Positions 58,150 to 64,000 of a stretch of DNA of 64,000 bases are shown piece by piece. The stretch comes from an uncultured cyanobacterium (GTDB lineage: Bacteria; Cyanobacteriota; Cyanobacteriia; Cyanobacteriales; CAWCAG01), in NCBI GenBank assembly GCA_963803805.1, contig CAWDOD010000009.1:191322-255321 (forward strand), given 5' to 3'. The position numbers and the translations under genes were made by a program. The first letter of the stretch is position 1. Each line of letters starts with the position of its first letter. The notes under the pieces were generated by a model. That model had not been told where the DNA came from and made no database searches. It was given only the letters and a program-made list of their open reading frames with translations.

Positions 58150-59547
58150 TTAGATAATACATCCCGCGGCTTCGGTATCTTCTTCAAAACTAATAATAGA
58201 AAGATGCTCTGGATTATCCTGTAACAGTTGTGCTAGTAAGAAACCGGCAATTGTCCAAGTTTGGTACTTCCGTGCCGCTTTACCCACCAAACGGCCATTT
58301 TTGCCATCATAATATTCAGGCCATTCATCCTTTGCAAGACGGACTCTAGCCAAAGCTAAAGCTTTTTCACCTAATTCTTTTCTCCCTGTAATTTGTGCCG
58401 CAGCGATTAAGAGCCATAGTAAAATCGGCCAACTTCCGCCATTATGATAAGACCAAGGGGTATTTTTAGGGTCAGAGCCTGTAATAATTTTCCACTCCAA
58501 ACCTTCTGCTGCGGGGAAGCAAACTTTCATCGGCATTCTACCTACTAAATCGTCCCATCTTTGCTCAATTAAATCCATAATTTCTTGGGACTGTTCAACA
58601 TTTGTTAATGAAGAGATGATTGCTACTAAGTTACCCAAGGCAAAGAAGCGGAAATCCATACGTCCTGGACCTAAGTTACCTGCTAAATATCCCCCTTGAT
58701 CTGGTATCCATTCGGTTAACCAGTAAGGAATCGAGTCAGGATAGATGTTGAAAGTATTTACTACCGATTCGCCAAACTCATCTCCTTTGTAACGATGAAT
58801 TTGGTTGATTTTTTTGAGATCAAGCCAGTAGTAAAAACGAATGTGAAAGATTAAACTACTCAGGCGGTTATTAATTTTGTCACACCAAACTTGCCCATCT
58901 TCATCCTTAACAAGTAATTCCCGCGCTCCTCGCAAAGCAGCATAAAAAAGTGCTTGAATCTCAATAGGATGTCCATCAACTCCCATACGACGGTCAACCA
59001 TACAAGCACCATCGGGAACTAACAAAGTAGGTGCGGTTTCAAAGCGAGAACCTAAACAAATATCAAGGATATATTTTAAACCATCTTGAAAATCTTTTTG
59101 TTCTGCGAAAGCACTGTCTCCAGTTGCTTTTACATAGGCTCGGAAAAGCAGAATCCACCATAAGCAAGAATCCACAGGTGTGACCCGACCAATAGCCAAG
59201 TCACCAAAATCAGCAACAAGAGACTGCTTGTCTCCCTGTACTTGCACCTTGAAGCTAGCAGGCATTAAACCTGGTGGAGGCTCGTAACAGTCGATACGTC
59301 TTTCTTGTTTTTGTAAAGCGACAGTTTCAATGAGAAAGTTGCGGACAAGTTCAGTTTTTCCTTGTAGTAAAAATACTAAAGCAACAGGAACAAAGTCGCG
59401 AATAAAACATTGGTCGTAGTTAAGGGCTTCCGTTTCAAAATCACTGGCCGCTACGGCTCCTACCGGACGGTCTTGATAATAAATCAGAGAAGCTTCTAAT
59501 AGTTTTTGAGCTTTTTCTTCGAGAGTTATTTGAGGATTTGCTACCAT
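58150..59547 (-). CDS. Alkaline/neutral invertase (GH100)
   Basis: [61 protein letters not shown]. Confidence 0.96.
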   Translation of the reverse strand: MVANPQITLEEKAQKLLEASLIYYQDRPVGAVAASDFETEALNYDQCFIRDFVPVALVFLLQGKTELVRNFLIETVALQKQERRIDCYEPPPGLMPASFKVQVQGDKQSLVADFGDLAIGRVTPVDSCLWWILLFRAYVKATGDSAFAEQKDFQDGLKYILDICLGSRFETAPTLLVPDGACMVDRRMGVDGHPIEIQALFYAALRGARELLVKDEDGQVWCDKINNRLSSLIFHIRFYYWLDLKKINQIHRYKGDEFGESVVNTFNIYPDSIPYWLTEWIPDQGGYLAGNLGPGRMDFRFFALGNLVAIISSLTNVEQSQEIMDLIEQRWDDLVGRMPMKVCFPAAEGLEWKIITGSDPKNTPWSYHNGGSWPILLWLLIAAAQITGRKELGEKALALARVRLAKDEWPEYYDGKNGRLVGKAARKYQTWTIAGFLLAQLLQDNPEHLSIISFEEDTEAAGCII

Positions 59548-59727
59548 TAGTGTCGATACTGAAGATTACTATATTAAGCATGGTAATCTTCTTTTTGGTA
59601 AAACGAAACTAAGGGTATGTATAATATTCATCCTTTCTATGCTTACTTGCTTTAATAGGTTCTAGAATAATAAAGCTGTAATAGAAAACTTGATCGCAAT
59701 TTATAGCGATGCCATCAGTTTTGATGT

Positions 59728-59982
59728 TTAGTCTCCTTGACCCTGAAAATTCCAAAGACTTGCTTCACTAGGAATAATATCTTGAGTCTTATTTTGATTT
59801 GATATTGGACTAAACCCCCACACGAAAGGCATTAGTCCCATCAATAAAGAAACTGTTACTGTTAAACAAACTAAGGAAAGAGGAGGTAAATCTGGAGTGG
59901 TAAAAACTAATTTATTTGGGTCACTAACTTCCGGTTGGCCAGAATAAGACGACCTTCTGTTATTAAATTCTTTTCTGTTCAT
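59728..59982 (-). CDS. Hypothetical small membrane protein
   Basis: 84 aa with one hydrophobic segment. Confidence 0.5.
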   Translation of the reverse strand: MNRKEFNNRRSSYSGQPEVSDPNKLVFTTPDLPPLSLVCLTVTVSLLMGLMPFVWGFSPISNQNKTQDIIPSEASLWNFQGQGD

Positions 59983-60253
59983 AGTAGAAAATCCTTAAAC
60001 TTCCTAGAGCAGTTTTGTGAAAATCAAAGGTGTATAAATAAATTTTACTGGATTTTTTGGTTAAATGTAGCAAAATTGACAGATTTTTAAATGTTATTTT
60101 GCATATTAAAAAAACTATTAGCAGCCAAGCTTACACAGTGACACAACAAGAGCTAACACCAACTCCTCGTTTCTAGGATTCCCAGCTTAGTCAACTCAGT
60201 TATCCCCAAAGTTAAGCTAAAGTAGCTTTTGGATTACACAAACTTAAACTTTC

Positions 60254-60718
60254 ATGCTGCATTTTCAATACTCAACCCTCATTAATGCCCCTGTGGAAGC
60301 TGTTTGGCGCTTTCACGAAAGGACAGATATTCTGCAAATTCTTACTCCCCCTTGGCAACCTGTACAAGTTGTCCGTAGGGAAGGGGGACTAGATGTTGGT
60401 GCAATTACAGAATTTCGCTTGTTTCTGGGACCAATTCCTGTTCGTTGGCTAGCCCGCCATGTAGAGTACCAGCAGTATAAGCTGTTTGCTGATCAACAAA
60501 TAGAAGGGCCGATGGAATTTTGGTTACATCGCCATCTTTTTGCTGAAGAAAATGGTCAAACTCGTTTAACAGACTCTATTGAATATGCTATCCCTGGGGG
60601 GCAAATAGCAGAATTGCTTCTCGGTTGGTGGGTAGAAATGAGGTTAAATGATATGTTTCGCTATCGCCATCAAGTGACAGCAGAAAAGCTATTTAACCAG
60701 AATGGAAGCAGGATTTAA
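60254..60718 (+). CDS. SRPBCC-family protein
   Basis: INAPVEAVW.FH...L..LTPP, F.D.Q..GP...W.H.H.F, F.YRH. Confidence 0.88.
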   Translation: MLHFQYSTLINAPVEAVWRFHERTDILQILTPPWQPVQVVRREGGLDVGAITEFRLFLGPIPVRWLARHVEYQQYKLFADQQIEGPMEFWLHRHLFAEENGQTRLTDSIEYAIPGGQIAELLLGWWVEMRLNDMFRYRHQVTAEKLFNQNGSRI

Positions 60719-60743
60719 AAATCTCTCTAGCAGAGAACTTTTA

Positions 60744-61615
60744 TTACTGACTAACCGCAGTCACAGCTTGAGTTAGCGCACCAACTTCAAATGGAGAGAA
60801 AAGATTTGCTGAGTGGAGTAATTCTGAAAAGGCCATTGTTCCTCCACGCTTACAGAGATTGATATAGTTTAATAAAGCACTGTGATAATTCTCTTCTGCT
60901 CTAACCCAGAACTGTAAAGCACAACAGCTAGCTAAGGCATAGTCGATAAAGTAAAATGCCATACAGTAAATGTGGTGTTGCTCTTGCCAGAGTCTCCCTT
61001 GATTTAGATGGGTTAAATCTCCATAACGCCGCCAGGGAAGATACTTAGCTTCCAATTGTTGCCAGATTTTATGCCTCTGTTGCGAAGATATTTCTGGGTT
61101 AGCATAAATTAGATGTTGAAAATGGTCAACCATCGCACCATAGGGTAAGGATAAAACTGTCCAAGCTAGTTTTCGTAGCCTAATCTTCGTGCCATTTGGT
61201 GACGAACTTGTACTAAATTATCAAACAAGCAGTCTAGTTGCTCTTGATGTTGTTCAAAGAAGTTGGCGCGAACTTGCTCTGCTTGATGTCGAATTGTGCG
61301 ATCGCTATCCTGAGTGTAGGATAGAATGCTCCATAGATTGAGGGTTTCTCCCCGAAAGTTGAGTTCAGCAGAAGCTAATAGTTTTGTGTATTCTGTTGTC
61401 AACCTAGACTCTTCTACTAAATCTGTGGCGATCGCATCTTCAAACGTTGTGACATCCAACTCCCACAACGAAAATACTTGTTTTCCCAAACCTGGCTCCA
61501 ACTCTAGGCGATGGGGACTGTTGAGCAAATATCTCTTAAAGTTTATTTCTAATTCCTTTAGTGCTGGCTTGAGTTTATGGCAATACTCTAAATTACTCTT
61601 AAAATCTTCATTTAA
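60744..61615 (-). pseudogene. M3-family oligoendopeptidase pseudogene (5'-truncated, large internal deletion)
   Basis: N-terminal part (L...Y.KLLAS....F.GE, DR..R, R..MAR.LGYEN) fused out of frame to the C-terminal part (LPYG..VDHFQH..Y, W..Q.HIY...FY.IDY.LA); HEXXH region missing. Confidence 0.85.
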
Positions 61616-61703
61616 CTTGCAACTAGGGTAGTATTATATCTTGCAGAATTTTGTGGGATGATATAAGTAACAAAATATTAATGAGACTTGACATAATTAA
61701 CCT

Positions 61704-61898
61704 ATGAGCTTCTTTCGCCAATACATTGCCCCATTTTTCGCAGTACTTATTTTTACAGTTGCCTTAGTAGCCGTTAGCGCCCGCATTTTCCTTCCTTCAG
61801 ATATGGCTGCCCCTGCACCTATTGAAGACGTGGATTTTGCTTCAGAAGCTGCTCCTCCCGCAGAGATATTGACTGAAGGGGCTGTTAATGTTGATTAG
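61704..61898 (+). CDS. Conserved small cyanobacterial membrane protein
   Basis: RQYIAP...LIF.VALVAVSARIFLPSDMAAPAP, single TM. Confidence 0.7.
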   Translation: MSFFRQYIAPFFAVLIFTVALVAVSARIFLPSDMAAPAPIEDVDFASEAAPPAEILTEGAVNVD

Positions 61899-62445
61899 TT
61901 GGCAATCTTTCCTAAAATTGATTGTTCTACAACATCGGGGCTAGGAGTAGCGTCAACAGTAAGGAGTTTCTGGCGAGGATGATAATATTCAAGAATGGGA
62001 ATAGTACATTCTTGGAAACTGGTAATGCGGCGTTGGAGAATCTCCGGTTTATCGTCAGCAAGGGAACGCCCTAAAGAACGTTCCTTCATAACGTCTTCTG
62101 ATGCTTGTAAATAAATTGCCCAATTCAGCTTTTGACCAAATTCATCAAGAAGAAAATCCAGCTCTTCGGCTTGGAAAGCAGTGCGGGGATAACCTTCCAA
62201 TAACCAGCCTTTACTGACATCAGGTTCATTGAGTCGGTGGCGCATAAACTGAATAAGAATTTGATCTGGAACTAATTCCCCTTTTTTAACATAATCTTCT
62301 GCCTTGCGTCCTAAATCTGTTTGTTTGGCGATTGCGCTACGGAGAATATCTCCCATAGCTACTCTGGGGATATTAAAATGATTACACAGTCGCTCGGATT
62401 GAGTCCCTTTCCCTACTCCAGCCCTCCCAAAATTATTAATCTCAC
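61895..62445 (-). CDS. adk: Adenylate kinase (short-LID type) with a 1-nt deletion near 62423
   Basis: GTG AGA TTA ATA ATT TTG GGA GGG (VRLIILGG) then a shift into GVGKGTQ; GDILR, GELVPD, GYPR; adding one G gives 183 aa. Confidence 0.85.
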
Positions 62446-62862
62446 AACTTCTCCTTAAAATTACCATTTTCTCAGCATAGAGATAAATTTAGGATATTTT
62501 GGGTTTTCGCGCACTTACGTAAAACAAAGAACAGTTCTTCTCAGGGAACAGTTATTGGTAATTTATGTTGGACAATGAGTATTAATTTTTCTTCAGGGAT
62601 AACTTAACTCTTGTTCAAACTTTCCGAAAGTTTTCCGACTTCTTTTGTTTCGGGCTATAGTTAAATAGTTAAATTACCAGGGTGCATCTCAGTCTTGTAA
62701 GAATGAGGTAGAGAATAGACCATTGAGGTAAGCACAGCCATGCTTAAAGTACCTGTGGAACATTGTTAGATTTCCACTGTGTGCCAGAAATTTTAATATC
62801 TCTTCCAATCTGCTTAACAGTAGACTCAATAGCTCAATAGACCTATCCAAAAATTAGAAAAG

Positions 62863-62994
62863 TTTTGTATTGCCCGTGCTTTAGCCCTGCAACCAGAAGC
62901 ATTATTAATAGACGAAGCTTGTAGCGCTCTCGAACCCATTTCTAGGGCTATCGTAGAAGAACTAATTGTCAGTTTAAAAGGAAAGTATACTATT
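62863..62994 (+). pseudogene. Fragment of a phosphate ABC ATPase (PstB-like)
   Basis: [44 protein letters not shown] matches the PstB Walker B / D-loop region; no start and no Walker A. Confidence 0.8.
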
Positions 62995-63304
62995 GAGTTA
63001 AACAGATTTTTGAACATCCTCAAGATTCTCTAAAGGCTGCCTATATTAGGGGTAAGGGAAGTGGAAAACTGCCTAACAAAGGACAGAGGACTAAATTGCA
63101 AATTGAATGCTACACTTAGAAACTGCTCAAAAAAGAAAACTTCAGAGTTCAAAACTCAGAGTTACTACAATAGCATTGAGTATAGGTACGGCATATAGAG
63201 GGAACTGCTATAAGCAAAAAATCAGGGTTATGTATCTAAATCTTATATTTTCAAAACCAAGATGCTAGTACCGCCGTAAACATAAATAGTACGGGGTCAA
63301 AAGA

Positions 63305-63877
63305 ATGAGCACCAGTATGACAAAAGCACTGTTAATATTAGGCGAACTTAATAACGATGATTTAGACTGGATAATTCAAAAAAGTAGAAAAGAAACTATC
63401 TTAGCTGGAGATACTTTAATCTACGAAGGACAAAAAATCAATGCTCTCTACATAGTTTTGAGCGGTACTTTCAGCGTTATTATCCAATCTTTAGGTAATC
63501 GGGAACTAGCTAAAATATCTAGTGGAGAGGTAGTAGGAGAAATTTCTTTTGTGGATATTCGTCCTCCTGTTGCTACTGTTAAAGCATTAGAAGATTCTAC
63601 AATACTTGCTATTCCCAGATTACAATTAACCACTAAACTCGAACAAGATACAGGTTTTGCTTCACGATTTTTTCATGGTATTTCCCTTTGTTTAGCAAAT
63701 CGGATGCGAGGAACAGTCAGACGTTTGGGTTATGGTATTGAACTAGAAAGGACTCAAGAAGAAAAGCAATCTTTTGCAGGGAAAGACGAACTTAATCCTA
63801 GAGCATTAGAACATTCTGAACTAGCTCAAACTCGATTCAATTGGCTTAAACATATGTCCCATGAGTCTAAGGTTTAA
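63305..63877 (+). CDS. Stand-alone cyclic-nucleotide-binding domain protein
   Basis: LIYEG......YIVLSG, GEVVGEISF....P..ATV.A; no HTH. Confidence 0.88.
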   Translation: MSTSMTKALLILGELNNDDLDWIIQKSRKETILAGDTLIYEGQKINALYIVLSGTFSVIIQSLGNRELAKISSGEVVGEISFVDIRPPVATVKALEDSTILAIPRLQLTTKLEQDTGFASRFFHGISLCLANRMRGTVRRLGYGIELERTQEEKQSFAGKDELNPRALEHSELAQTRFNWLKHMSHESKV

Positions 63878-64000
63878 ATTATGAATTAGAAGAGGAGGAA
63901 ATTTTCTCGCGATGAGTAATTGCTTCCTCGAAACAAGAAATTATAAATATTACTAATTTCTTATTTCGCCATAGAGTTTTTTCTTACTAAAAGAAGCTTG

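Larger units (their letters stand above)
1..64000. repeat. HIP1 octamer GCGATCGC dispersed throughout
   Basis: At least 25 copies seen by eye, e.g. 3963, 16806, 20593, 26140, 38472, 46658, 52032, 61298. Confidence 0.9.

Noticed and set aside
62677..62820. CCAGGGTGCATCTCA followed by a short ATG frame, as a possible IS end
   Set aside because: No partner inverted repeat or convincing transposase translation found; needs an ISfinder search

Overview
A low-GC cyanobacterial chromosomal segment. The assignment rests on frequent HIP1 GCGATCGC octamers (at least 25 by eye), petM, ycf39, iscA, a cruE-like gene, Uma2 genes and heptamer STRR repeats. Most genes are housekeeping or signalling: prfC, aroC, pdxA, nadK, ArsA/GET3, GH100 invertase, a CHASE2 cyclase, an ethylene-receptor-type histidine kinase and a 2664-aa haemagglutinin-CHAT protein. 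The window has two tRNAs (His-GTG, Leu-CAA) and a guanidine-I riboswitch in front of a gdmH-hypA-hypB operon whose hydrolase is broken by a +1 frameshift at CCC-CGA-AGG. Mobile DNA is layered. An IS630 splits a GH3 gene at a TA and itself carries a 48-bp in-frame hairpin insert. A TAAGCTG...CAGCTTA MITE family has one copy inside a previously unannotated IS1 remnant. There are also GTAG-type REP-like palindromes and a 24-bp element inserted in a heptamer array. Other oddities are an M48 protease whose last codons and stop lie inside tRNA-Leu, a nearby M48 paralogue with HEXXH changed to SEXXH, a replication-initiator-like orphan gene, and pseudogenes (oligoendopeptidase, pstB fragment, frameshifted adk). 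No CRISPR array, rRNA or prophage was seen. All family calls come from motif recognition, not database searches.
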